Shown one piece after another: positions 27,974 through 38,027 of a stretch of DNA of 64,000 nucleotides. Position 1 is the stretch's first letter; every line of letters starts with the position of its first letter. Under the pieces are notes generated by a model, which saw only the letters and a program-made list of their open reading frames with translations, was not told the origin of the DNA and did no database searches. The translations under genes and the position numbers were made by a program. The DNA comes from a virus (lineage: Duplodnaviria > Caudoviricetes): positions 771 to 64,770 of IMG/VR virus record IMGVR_UViG_3300011952_000001; one strand, written 5' to 3'.

Positions 27974-28588
27974 ATGGTACGTAAATTCGAGGAGTTTTTC
28001 AATACAAAACAAGAGGAAACAAACGGAAATGAATTGCGACTAGTTATGGAGCAACGATTTGAAGAAAACGCAATCATACAGCAGCAGATGATGCACGTTG
28101 TGGGAGGTCTGTACGAGGCACTAAAAGAGGCGTATGCACATATCACAGAATCGAATGCGTACATTAAACGAGTTGAAGGACAAGTGCTGACAATGCGTTC
28201 AGACATTACTTCGATAGTAGAAAAGGCGAGCGACATACTTTCATTAACGCAAGAGTCCCGCGAAAAGCATTACATCGGTAAAGAAACAGAAGTATTAGAG
28301 GTGGCAAACGATAAGGCAAAGTCAGTCACTTTCAAAGAGGTTCGTACTATGGTGTCGTCAGCTACTCGCCGACAACCGGAAGGTTATCGTGAGTTGTTCG
28401 GGAGGATATATGCAATAACTGGATACGCAGTTTGGGAGGATGAAAAGTTAAGTATTAAAAAGTCTGACGGTCTGATAGATAGTAATGGAAAGCATGCCAA
28501 CGGTTCAACTACATGGATAAATACGTTGTTCCTAAAAGGCTACAAAGAAACGGTGTACCTAGTCGCAAAAGAAATGCTTACAGCATAA
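27974..28588 (+). CDS. Hypothetical coiled-coil protein, possible ORF6C/antirepressor-like C-terminus
   Basis: Long ORF with GGAGG RBS, coupled to the DUF3102 gene. Confidence 0.5.
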   Translation: MVRKFEEFFNTKQEETNGNELRLVMEQRFEENAIIQQQMMHVVGGLYEALKEAYAHITESNAYIKRVEGQVLTMRSDITSIVEKASDILSLTQESREKHYIGKETEVLEVANDKAKSVTFKEVRTMVSSATRRQPEGYRELFGRIYAITGYAVWEDEKLSIKKSDGLIDSNGKHANGSTTWINTLFLKGYKETVYLVAKEMLTA

Positions 28589-28606
28589 AAGGAGGCTAAC
28601 GTAATT

Positions 28607-28915
28607 ATGACGCTAAACATCGAAATATCCGATAAATACCGCATCACATCCGATAGCACGCAAGTCATCGTAAAACGAAAGTATCTCGTCGATCCAACGC
28701 TATCACCCGCATATGACGCAGATAAACACTCGTCAGAACCGCGGGAGGAGTGGCGCAACTGGAAGTATTGCGGAAAAGTAACGCAAGCTATCGATTTAAT
28801 CGCAAGGCAGAACGTATTTGAATCGGATGCAACAAGTCTCGAACAGCTACGCAATGAAATCTCGGCATTCAAACGGGAGATTAGGCGTTTAATAGGCGAA
28901 GATGACTTATTGTAA
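28607..28915 (+). CDS. DUF5405-like protein
   Basis: IEISDKYRITSDSTQVIVKRK pattern. Confidence 0.6.
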   Translation: MTLNIEISDKYRITSDSTQVIVKRKYLVDPTLSPAYDADKHSSEPREEWRNWKYCGKVTQAIDLIARQNVFESDATSLEQLRNEISAFKREIRRLIGEDDLL

Positions 28916-28977
28916 GGGGCGGAGTTAGAACGGTTAAATCGAAGGGAAAAATTAAGCTAAATGAAAGGGGCGTTAAT

Positions 28978-30316
28978 GTGCGATATACTAAGCGAACTTA
29001 TCATGATAGGCCGCCGAGAGAGGGCGATAGGGTTGTAGTAATAAAAAACGTTGGAGGTTATCACGCTGGTGACGAGTTAGTGGTGGTAGACGTTAAGTCG
29101 TTTACAGGTGATTGTATAAAGGCATACAATCCACGCAGTTATTCGTACGAATGTATTCGCTATATTCACGATAATTGGTACCGTATTTTCACCGACATCA
29201 CGTACGTAAAAACTGGCGAACAACATATCGTTAAACGTTTCTTAGGGATACCGTTTTATCGGAAAACTATCGACATTTACGAGGAGGAATTGACGCATGA
29301 CTAACGCAAAAGTGAAAGTATCGAAAGAGGTTGCGGAGGCTATCGAACAACTTCGCAAAAGCAAAAGTGACGACGAAATATTTTATCACGCAACTAGTCT
29401 AATCCTACATCACGATAGATTTAATCGAAAAAACAAAAACGCAATAACAGCTTTGCATGGAATACCGCCTCTGAAACTTGCTACAGTTTTAGCGACTGGA
29501 TATGAAATTGAAGCATCTGCAGAGGAAATCGTCAATAAACGAATTAAAGATATGTTAGCAACAACGGTTAATTTCCTCGATGAAAAGCGTATTCTTGACG
29601 CTGAAATGCGAGGTATCAAACTTGTTGTAGACGCATTTAACATAAAAGGAGTGAACGTCTAATGAACGCAGAACAATTAAACGCAATCAAAGAGCGCGTA
29701 GCAAAGGCAACGCCTGGTCCGTGGAGGTCTGCAGGACTATACGGAGTGCGGACGCAGAATGACGAAGCATTATCGATTCCATTACGTCCAGAAGACGCAA
29801 CATTTATAGCTTCAAGCCGCGAAGATGTGCCGGCACTAGTTACGGAGGTTGAACAGTTACGTGCTTTACTACGACAACGTGACCGTCAGCTAGAAGGTGA
29901 ACGCAAAGGAAGTCAGCGAGTACAAGCGGAAAACGACCGTTTACGCGCAGAGCTTCAAGACATTATCGCAGTAGCAACGGAAGAAGCTTCGTGTTTATCG
30001 TACGAAAGTGGTTACGAAGATATAGTAACAATCGCAAGTTTAGCGTTAGAAACTAATTTGTAAACAATCGCAACTATATCAGACTACAAAACGATAACTA
30101 TTTACGGAAGGAGCGTTATTAATGACATTTGATTACCCGAAGACAGACCGTGAAATTGCGGAATTTTATATGGTGAAAGTCCGTGATATGCGAGATGAGA
30201 ACGCTCGATTGCGTGTAGCACTAGAAGAATGTTCCCAACATTGCGAATCACCACGGACGATAGTAGACATCGTAGAGGAGGCGCTATCAATTGGCGAAGA
30301 AAGCAACGCACTATAG
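28978..30316 (+). CDS. Cluster of four small hypothetical genes (28978-29304, 29297-29662, 29662-30063, 30122-30316)
   Basis: Overlapping starts/stops and RBSs; 29662-30063 resembles Ead/Ea22-like N-termini (KATPGPW...DATFIA..REDVPAL..EVE.LR). Confidence 0.65.
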
Positions 30317-30677
30317 CGATACACCAATCGAAAAGTGGAACGCAGCACACTTTCAAGCGTATCTGGCGGACGAACACGTTAAACATTACGGAATACAATA
30401 CGCAAGCGCTGGCGGCACTTTAGCAGAGCGCAATTTAATCGCTAAATATATCGGAACAGCACGCAAGCCAGGCCAATATCGCAAAGAGACGTTGAAAGCA
30501 TTCATTGACGCATGTTTCACGCAGTATAAACCGACGCAACAATATCCAGGCTTGTCGTTTTGGTTTATGACGCAATATATGACGCGATGGCTACAACAAG
30601 CGGAATTGGCGAGTAAGAGGGCGAAGGCTGAGCGTGAGGCTACGGATAATATCGAGGAGGTGGCGGATTGGCTTTAA
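30291..30677 (+). CDS. Hypothetical replication-module protein
   Basis: TTG start behind GAGGAGG; KWNAAHFQAYL motif; upstream of the DnaC-like gene. Confidence 0.6.
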   Translation: MAKKATHYSDTPIEKWNAAHFQAYLADEHVKHYGIQYASAGGTLAERNLIAKYIGTARKPGQYRKETLKAFIDACFTQYKPTQQYPGLSFWFMTQYMTRWLQQAELASKRAKAEREATDNIEEVADWL

Positions 30678-31661
30678 GGCATAAAATAACGTCGTTGTTA
30701 CTTCTATCCGTAATTCTAGCGCTATCAGCATTATTTTTAAGTTGGTGCTCGTCGTTGCCCGTCGGGGGATATTGTGTAAAAGATACAACAAAGTCGGTTG
30801 TAAAAGAAGTCGAGGGTCAGATAATTATCGAACAAGGGTACACAGTGTGTTACGACGCAAAAGGAAATGTTAAGGAGGAGTCAGAATGAGCGAACATATT
30901 TACAACGTATCGGTAGAAAACGGTAAGTATAACGTAGTATTGACGCAAGATTACCACGTAAAGTATCTACGCAACGGCGAAGAATGGGTTAATAATCCGC
31001 CAGGTAGTAAGATGATGATTGCGCTTATGGACAAAGTAGAACGTTTAGAAAATGGACTTAAATCGGCTTGTGACGCACTAGGCGCAGATGTGAACGACTA
31101 TTACGAGGAGCGATAATATGACGAAACTATCTGTTAAAGGATTGACGGTATGTACGCCGGAATTTCACGTAATAGCAAAGCGTGGCGAACGTGAGTATAT
31201 CGATAATAAACTATTGGAAATTGAACTCGAGACTGGATACTACTTAGCCGAAGAAGAAATCGAATATATGGCGGAAGAACTCGGATTAATATGAATCGAA
31301 AGGATGATGCATATATGACGCAAGAACAAATCAACGAAATTGTCGAGGAGTATCGACGTTGTAAAAAACTTCTGAATGACGAAACAATGCCGCGCATCAA
31401 CCGTAAATTTTATTCAGGAAAAATTAGCGGAATTAAATTTACGCTGGAAGTCGCAGGAGTTTACGTAGAGGAGGTTGCTTTGTTGTTATGAAGACGTATC
31501 GTATTAAGTATTTTCTACGGTATACGCCACATAGAGAACGTACACGACTTTGCTGGCAGATTACTACAGTAACAGCAATAAATAAGCGAGAAGCTAGGCG
31601 TAAAATGATGGCGAATAGAAACGCAATATTTGTATTAAATGTAAAGGAGGTAACGAAATAA
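30668..31661 (+). CDS. Cluster of five small hypothetical genes (30668-30889, 30886-31116, 31118-31294, 31291-31491, 31488-31661)
   Basis: Translationally coupled ORFs with RBSs; the first has an N-terminal hydrophobic segment; two are below the track cutoff and were read manually. Confidence 0.6.
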
Positions 31662-32425
31662 TGACGCAAATTTGCATATTAAACGAACGCAATCGCAATG
31701 GCTGCGCAAGCTGTCCGCCAACATGCCCGCATAAAATCGCTATGCAGGGCCTTAACGGAAAAGGTGGTCGATTAGTAAGCGCAGGCGTGCCGTCAGAATA
31801 TCGAAATGTAACGATAGCTAATTCGGCAGCACGCGAGGATCAAGCCAAAGCATACGAAATTATCGAGCGATATGTCAGCGACTTTAACGGCTCGCTATAT
31901 CTATTCAGCCAAGCGACTGGCACTGGCAAAACGACAACAGCTTCGGTGGTGCTTAACGAGTATATTATTCGCGATTATCTTGGCGCACTAAAGCGAGGAG
32001 AGCAGCCAACGCAAAAACCCGCCTATTTCCTAGATGTGAACGAATGGCAGACGTTATATAACGGATTCAACCGTAAGAACATTCCGCAAGATGTAGCTGA
32101 GCAATACAGCCGTCCATATTATTCGATGATGGAACGTGCTAAACATGCGCCATTTGCCGTCCTTGATGATATTGGCGTAAGGTCAGCGAGCGAGGCGTTT
32201 CGAGGCGACTTGCATACGATTATTAACTACCGAGTGACAAACGGATTGCCGTCGGTATATACATCGAATATTCCGATGGTTAATAGTACACCGCCAGATA
32301 AGCGAGTAGAGGCCGCAAAGCCGTACGATTTATACGACGTGTTTGACGTAAGATTGCTCGATCGTGTACGTGATAACTGCGAGTTAGTGAATTTCGAAGG
32401 TAAATCGAAAAGGGGGAGACGGTAA
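31661..32425 (+). CDS. DnaC/IstB-like helicase loader ATPase
   Basis: N-terminal C..C...C.H zinc motif; Walker A TGTGKTT; VLDDIG; YTSN. Confidence 0.88.
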   Translation: MTQICILNERNRNGCASCPPTCPHKIAMQGLNGKGGRLVSAGVPSEYRNVTIANSAAREDQAKAYEIIERYVSDFNGSLYLFSQATGTGKTTTASVVLNEYIIRDYLGALKRGEQPTQKPAYFLDVNEWQTLYNGFNRKNIPQDVAEQYSRPYYSMMERAKHAPFAVLDDIGVRSASEAFRGDLHTIINYRVTNGLPSVYTSNIPMVNSTPPDKRVEAAKPYDLYDVFDVRLLDRVRDNCELVNFEGKSKRGRR

Positions 32426-33146
32426 TGATGCAGAAACCAATAATTAAAATAATCCGCAAAGTTGACGAAGATAACGAAATGAGACGCGTTTTATTAGCCG
32501 AACAGGATTACGAATTAGCTTCGTTAAGTGCTGCGATGTTGCAAGGAGAAGTGATGGAGATTGAACGCAGTAAGAAACGTTTATCCGAAATTCACCTGGA
32601 ATTGGCGGAGTTGTCATGACGGAATTTCAAAACGGAACAATCGTTGTTAGTCGTAACAGTGACGCTATCGGAAGAATAGTAGTAGGCGACGTAGGATTTG
32701 CGAAGGTTAGCGGAAAGCAACGAGTCGGCAATCGAGATGTATCGTTTAGTACGTTCTACGAACCTATTACGGAGATTGAGCGACATTGGCGACTAGCAAC
32801 AGACGAGGAGGTTCGACGCTATTTTGACGCTGATTAGTAGTGCTATCGAGGTGATATTCGGAGGGATTGCGCTTGCGATATTGGTTGCGGGCGAATGGAT
32901 GAATTATAAGGATAAACGGAGGTGGCGTAAGTGAGCGGAAAACTATGTTACACATGCTATGACGATGTGACGTTTCAATATCACGGGTATGTGCCAGAAG
33001 CGTTTAATCGAGAAATTAAACGATATGTAGAATCTATTTACGAAGACTTAACGATTAAATGTGGGCTATGTAATCGAACAGTCATATTTAATCGCGACAA
33101 AGAGACGGGAAAATGGGTACAAAACGAGGTGACCGCGAATGAGTAA
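32425..33146 (+). CDS. Three small hypothetical genes (32425-32619, 32616-32837, 32931-33146)
   Basis: Coupled ORFs; the last has two CxxC pairs. Confidence 0.6.
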
Positions 33147-34482
33147 CAACGGAACATTACTGTTATCGAAAATCATTGACGATAACGACGTACAAGCGCT
33201 TGCACGTCACAATATAACGGCTGACCACTTTAAAGTCGCAGTTGATCGTAAGGCCTACGAGTTTATTCGCCAATATGCTGAACAGAATCGAGGGCAGGCG
33301 CCAAGCTATGCGACAGTAGTCGAACAAGTACCGGAGTTCTTTTATGCGCCGCAAGTGAGCGATAGTTACGAATGGTTAACGCGTCGTTTGTTAAATGACG
33401 CTGGACGTTCGGAGTTTATCGACGTGGTGCAAAACGATATACAACAATTGTTTGCTGAACACCAAAATAATGTCCCAGTTCTCATTGACAAGGTTCTAGA
33501 AAAGTTCGATAATATTAAACAACGAACAGACGTTCGTGAAAAAGTGGGAACAGACGTTAAAAACGATACTTCAAAGTTCCTTGACGAGTTCGATCGCCGG
33601 AAGAAGGGCGAGTCATTCAAGACGTGGAAATCGAACTTTTCAAATATCGGCGAATATGTCAGCGGAAATATGTACGTATTCTATGCAAAGTCTGGTCGGG
33701 GTAAATCGGTCATAGCATCGATTGAAGAAGCGCTCAACATGGCGATTCAAGGTGCTAATGTGCTTATATGGTCGATGGAAATGCCGTGGTTCGAGGTGCT
33801 TGTGCGCTTATATGTAGCGTTATCAGGACGAAAAGGCTTGACGCAAGTTAATGTAGCTGGGCTCGATTTGAATGGCGGATTTGATGCGAATGATGTTCGA
33901 AGTGGCAAGATGTCGCAAGAATTCGAAGTAGCGTTTAGAGCGTTTTTAGACATGCTTAACGACGAGATTCCTGGCAACATTATCGTTCGTGGCGTAGATG
34001 ATGATGATTTTAGCAACCGAACGCTTCGCCAATTAGAGGCCGATATCATACAGACTAAAGCCGATGTAGTCGTAGTGGATCCGTTTTACTACCTCGATTA
34101 CGAAAAGAATACGTCCAAAACGGCTGGCGGAGATGCTGCAGAAACTTCGAAAAGACTTCGTAGGCTTACCGGAACCCGACAAGTAGTAACGTTGGCAATT
34201 ACGCAAGCAGATGAAGGTAAGGAGTCAAAAGACGAAGATGGCGAGCGCGAATTAGCGTTGCCAGAACGTGAAGCCGTTAAGAAAACGAAGGCCTTGCTCG
34301 AAGATGCTTCGATGCTGATTGCGATTGATACGGACTATAAGCAAGGGCGAGGATTGGTCGGAATCAATAAAGGGCGTAACGGCGGAGAAGGAGAAGTTGT
34401 AGAAATAATTTACGTTCCGCAAGTTGGATATGTAAAGGAAATTCCAAAAGGCGGGGACTCAATATCTCAATTCGATTTTTAA
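33139..34482 (+). CDS. dnaB: Replicative DnaB-like helicase
   Basis: Walker A AKSGRGKS, WSMEM, VVVDPFY, ITQA, KGRNGGEG. Confidence 0.9.
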   Translation: MSNNGTLLLSKIIDDNDVQALARHNITADHFKVAVDRKAYEFIRQYAEQNRGQAPSYATVVEQVPEFFYAPQVSDSYEWLTRRLLNDAGRSEFIDVVQNDIQQLFAEHQNNVPVLIDKVLEKFDNIKQRTDVREKVGTDVKNDTSKFLDEFDRRKKGESFKTWKSNFSNIGEYVSGNMYVFYAKSGRGKSVIASIEEALNMAIQGANVLIWSMEMPWFEVLVRLYVALSGRKGLTQVNVAGLDLNGGFDANDVRSGKMSQEFEVAFRAFLDMLNDEIPGNIIVRGVDDDDFSNRTLRQLEADIIQTKADVVVVDPFYYLDYEKNTSKTAGGDAAETSKRLRRLTGTRQVVTLAITQADEGKESKDEDGERELALPEREAVKKTKALLEDASMLIAIDTDYKQGRGLVGINKGRNGGEGEVVEIIYVPQVGYVKEIPKGGDSISQFDF

Positions 34483-34710
34483 ATTATTTCTACTTAAAAT
34501 GTTATATTTCAGTATCAATCGACATAGAATGTGAACAAGCATAACTATAAAAATATTAACGTAGTAAATTTTAATGGTGAAAATGCACAAGAAAAAACTT
34601 TTTTAGTAGAGTACTGTAAGGCTCAACTTTTAGTAAAGTCCCATCGAACAACGACTGTTGATAGTTGATTCAAACCGAACATAGGAAATGCTATAATTAA
34701 GGAGTGGTTA

Positions 34711-35721
34711 ATGTTGCCAAACATAAAAATCCGAGGTCATGACGTCAATATAGATGTACAAGCCGAGCTAGAAGAATTCGAGTGGTATCGTGCAAAATGG
34801 TCGCACAACAAACTCATTGCAGCGTCACCATTTCGATATGATCGCTCACCTTCGTTCTTTGTCTTACTTGAAGAAAACGGAGAATATCCGGCTGGCTCAT
34901 GGGGCGATTCGGGCGCATATGATGACGAGTGGAAGTCCGGTGGTATAGTAAAGCTCCTGTCATTCCTACGTAATGAAACGTATGAGGAAACGCAAGAATA
35001 CTTGTTGTCGAAATATAGCGAATCGTCGAATAACGGTGACATAATGCTCATTTTACCGAGATTACGGCGAGATGCATTTAAATCGTTTTTACATCATGAT
35101 ATTATCGAGAGAAGTATATCTCCATATTTAACTAAGCGAGGAATATCCCGAGAGGTACAATCGGAGGCAAAAGTTGGAAAGTCGCGTCACTACGGCTTTG
35201 TTGCCATTCCTTGGCAATCGCCAGATGGTCGGTTGTCTAACGTAAAATATCGCGCTACAAAGGGCAAAACGTTTTTCTACGAGCGTAACGCAAGGCCTAT
35301 TCGCGAGTTAGTTTTCGGAGCAGATTTATACAATCGTTCCTATGACGATTTGATTATTTGTGAGGCGGAGATCGATGCTTTGTCGTGGCGTGTCGCAGGA
35401 TATAACGCTGTAGCAGTAGGTGGCGTTTCATTTACGCAGCAGCAAGCCGATATAATACGAAGATTGCCATTCAAGCGATTAGTTGTGGCGGGAGATAACG
35501 ATAAGGCGGGCTCCAGATTCAACTCGCAGATTGTACAAGCGTTAAAAGGACGTAATTTAGCCGTCATACAGTGGCGTAATAGCACGTCTAAAGATGCGAA
35601 TGAAGTTTTACTAGCGAAAGGAGTAGGCGGTCTTAGAGAAGCGTTTGAGGACGCATATGAGCTACCGACATTGCCAACGATTAATCTGCCTCATATTCGT
35701 ATGGATCGTAGTATTCGATAA
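34711..35721 (+). CDS. dnaG: DNA primase (TOPRIM)
   Basis: ICEAEIDALS, VAGDNDKAG, KDANEVL. Confidence 0.9.
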   Translation: MLPNIKIRGHDVNIDVQAELEEFEWYRAKWSHNKLIAASPFRYDRSPSFFVLLEENGEYPAGSWGDSGAYDDEWKSGGIVKLLSFLRNETYEETQEYLLSKYSESSNNGDIMLILPRLRRDAFKSFLHHDIIERSISPYLTKRGISREVQSEAKVGKSRHYGFVAIPWQSPDGRLSNVKYRATKGKTFFYERNARPIRELVFGADLYNRSYDDLIICEAEIDALSWRVAGYNAVAVGGVSFTQQQADIIRRLPFKRLVVAGDNDKAGSRFNSQIVQALKGRNLAVIQWRNSTSKDANEVLLAKGVGGLREAFEDAYELPTLPTINLPHIRMDRSIR

Positions 35722-35905
35722 TTTCGTCAACGGGCACGTCGAAATATTCGCAGAGCAAGTCGATTGTCTCGAGCGAAACGTAGCCAGTATCGTTTTTCAT
35801 GCGAGTTGTGTAAGTCGAGTGAATATCGAGTTCTGCGCGCAGTTGGCGGTATGATACCTTATGTTTCTTCATTAAGTAGCGTAATGGTGCGTACGAAATA
35901 GCCAT
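35681..35905 (-). CDS. Xre/Cro-C1-type repressor
   Basis: ISYAPL...VSLETIDLLCEYFDVPVDEIIEY. Confidence 0.88.
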   Translation of the reverse strand: MAISYAPLRYLMKKHKVSYRQLRAELDIHSTYTTRMKNDTGYVSLETIDLLCEYFDVPVDEIIEYYDPYEYEAD

Positions 35906-35987
35906 ATATATGTATAAACCTCCTATCGTACAGCCTATAACAATAGGAGATTACTAGTGGAACAATTTTTGTGCCAATATAATTACG

Positions 35988-36016
35988 TTTACAGTATTTA
36001 ATTTATTAGTTATAAT
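35988..36016 (+). promoter_or_regulatory. Sigma-A promoter divergent from the repressor
   Basis: TTTACA-17-TATAAT. Confidence 0.72.
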
Positions 36017-36103
36017 TACTATATGTATCTATTATTGCTAAAATTGGCTATAAAAGCGCATTATACGTAATTTACGGAGAAAAAAGAAAAAAGTTTCAAA
36101 AAT

Positions 36104-36135
36104 GTGATATCAAACTAGGTAATTCAGTCGGTACT
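36104..36135 (+). promoter_or_regulatory. Bipartite motif GTGATATC-N14-AGTCGGTACT, copy 2
   Basis: Matches 26162-26193 in sequence and spacing. Confidence 0.72.
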
Positions 36136-36155
36136 ATATATTAGGAGGCGATAGT

Positions 36156-36704
36156 TTGAAAGAGTTAATTGTTATTTATAAGAATCCTTGGATACTAAAA
36201 TATATTCAAAGAAGAGTTGGAGATGTTTCGCATGTAGTAACTAATACAGAAAAATTAGAGTTAAGTATTTACAAAAAGATAAGTAGATATATTGAATACC
36301 AAGGAGAAAATAAAATTAGTAATTTTAGGGTAAGGAAGTTGGTAGAAAAAGAAATATCAGAAGCAATAAAAAAGTTCAGGTTACAAAAAACAACTTCGTA
36401 CAGTGAGTTGGCGGTCACAAACGGTTTTGGCGAATCGTTAGAGTACGAACCCGAGGATGAAGTAACAGATGTGGAAAAAGACGTAGAGCAAAGTGCTTTA
36501 CAAAGAAAAATCGCCCGATTGGCGTCGGACGATTTTGAGAGATACGTGTTAACGGCTTGGTCGCGTGGTGAGCGATCAATAGACATCGCAAAGGACTTGG
36601 CGGTCCTGGGTACTCACGATGTTGCATACTTTAAACTAAAAGTAGCCCGTTTCAAATCACGTTGCAAGAAACGTTGGACTAAAGAGACTTTCGTTTCTTG
36701 TTGA
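36156..36704 (+). CDS. Sigma-factor-like / HTH transcriptional regulator (degenerate)
   Basis: YEPED..TDVE..V then helical C-terminus ERYVLTAWSRG....DIAK.L resembling sigma region 4; divergent from repressor. Confidence 0.55.
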   Translation: MKELIVIYKNPWILKYIQRRVGDVSHVVTNTEKLELSIYKKISRYIEYQGENKISNFRVRKLVEKEISEAIKKFRLQKTTSYSELAVTNGFGESLEYEPEDEVTDVEKDVEQSALQRKIARLASDDFERYVLTAWSRGERSIDIAKDLAVLGTHDVAYFKLKVARFKSRCKKRWTKETFVSC

Positions 36705-36993
36705 AAGCGTCAATGTAAGTTAACGGCTTAGCATCGACATATTATTAAGTTACTTTTCGGTTAGATTATTGGCGGCTGTCATCCAGCCGTCGATACGCTT
36801 AACCATTGCGCACATACAGGCGATCTTTATAGACGTCGTATGTATCTCTATATAAGTCTATTATTTGGCGGGCTTATTTATGTATTGTAATAATTTTTAT
36901 TGCCTATAGTCAACCGCCTTTAATAGGAATTATAGCACGACTTTGCTAGTTATAAACCTTAAAAGCTTAAAATCATACGAGGAGCGATGCAAA

Positions 36994-37167
36994 ATGGGAC
37001 AATCTTACGATATATGTGAGAACATTTCACAGGAAAATATTACACATTTTAACTTTTATGCACCAATTGCACAAGTATACGCAGATTACCACGGCTGCTT
37101 ACCGGAAAACGAAGACTCAGCCGACTTAATCCGACCAATGCGAATCCGCGCAATCAAGGTTAGTTAG
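36994..37167 (+). CDS. Small hypothetical protein (57 aa)
   Basis: ATG 36994 behind GAGGAG. Confidence 0.6.
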   Translation: MGQSYDICENISQENITHFNFYAPIAQVYADYHGCLPENEDSADLIRPMRIRAIKVS

Positions 37168-37181
37168 GAGGTAACGTAAAA

Positions 37182-37742
37182 ATGACGCAAAAATTAAACG
37201 TAAGTCTACACGCAATTGAGCGAGCGCGAGAACGCCTTGATGTAAAAGGTACTAACGACAATGTATCGCACACAATTCGCCAATGGTATACGCGAGCAGT
37301 ACGAAAAGGCCGTGATAATGCCAGCGGTATCATCTTCGATAATGTCGCAAAGGACGTCCGCATGATATTAGATGAAACTTGCCAGACGGTTATCACAATG
37401 TACCGCCTAAGTACTGTCGATGAATACGTAGCGCAGAAACTAGCGCCTAAAGTTACGGTTGGCCGTCTTAAGTCTGCGATCCTACGAGAGCTATCACGTA
37501 TGACGACGCAACTTCGACGCGAAATCGGCAAGCTGACGGAACAGCAAGCGCAACTTAACGTAAGCGCCGCAGAACTGACGCTAAACAAGATAAGGTGCCG
37601 AGCACCTCATACGCAAGAGCTAATTCAAACTCGCATTGACGCTATTATAACGCAAGTTGACGACTTAGCGCAAGAGATTGACGCAAAATTAACGCAGATT
37701 AAAAATGCAGAGCGAGAAGTTAACGAGGTGGTTGGCGAATGA
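37182..37742 (+). CDS. Hypothetical protein (possible RelE-like N-terminus plus coiled coil)
   Basis: VSLHAIERARERL motif; C-terminal heptads. Confidence 0.55.
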   Translation: MTQKLNVSLHAIERARERLDVKGTNDNVSHTIRQWYTRAVRKGRDNASGIIFDNVAKDVRMILDETCQTVITMYRLSTVDEYVAQKLAPKVTVGRLKSAILRELSRMTTQLRREIGKLTEQQAQLNVSAAELTLNKIRCRAPHTQELIQTRIDAIITQVDDLAQEIDAKLTQIKNAEREVNEVVGE

Positions 37743-37808
37743 CAGACGCGCAAAAGGCGATTATTGCTGCGACAAATGCAGTAACGTATCACGGGAAGAA
37801 ACGCAAAT

Positions 37809-37920
37809 AAAAAAGCCTCGCTATAAGCGAAGCCTTTGTGCGGACTATAATATGTACCGCCACTGAACGATATACAACGTTACGTATTGCTACGTTCGAC
37901 TAACGTGTATATTGCGATGC
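37809..37920 (-). ncRNA. Putative small antisense RNA (~110 nt)
   Basis: Minus-strand TTGATT-17-TATAAT with extended TG (37955-37927); terminator GCTTCGCT-TAT-AGCGAGGC + U6 whose G-U pair works only on the minus strand; central hairpin 37868-37914. Confidence 0.65.
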
Positions 37921-38027
37921 AAACATATTATAACACGATTCAAAATCGAAATCAAGGCGGTAGATTCAACGTTAGGTTAATGCGAATAGAAAGGCGGTGA
38001 TAGTCCGCTAGATTACTAGGAGGGGAA

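Noticed and set aside
34483-36155. LexA/SOS boxes near the repressor and primase promoters
   Set aside because: Only half-sites (CGAAC) seen; no full CGAAC-N4-GTTCG match by eye.
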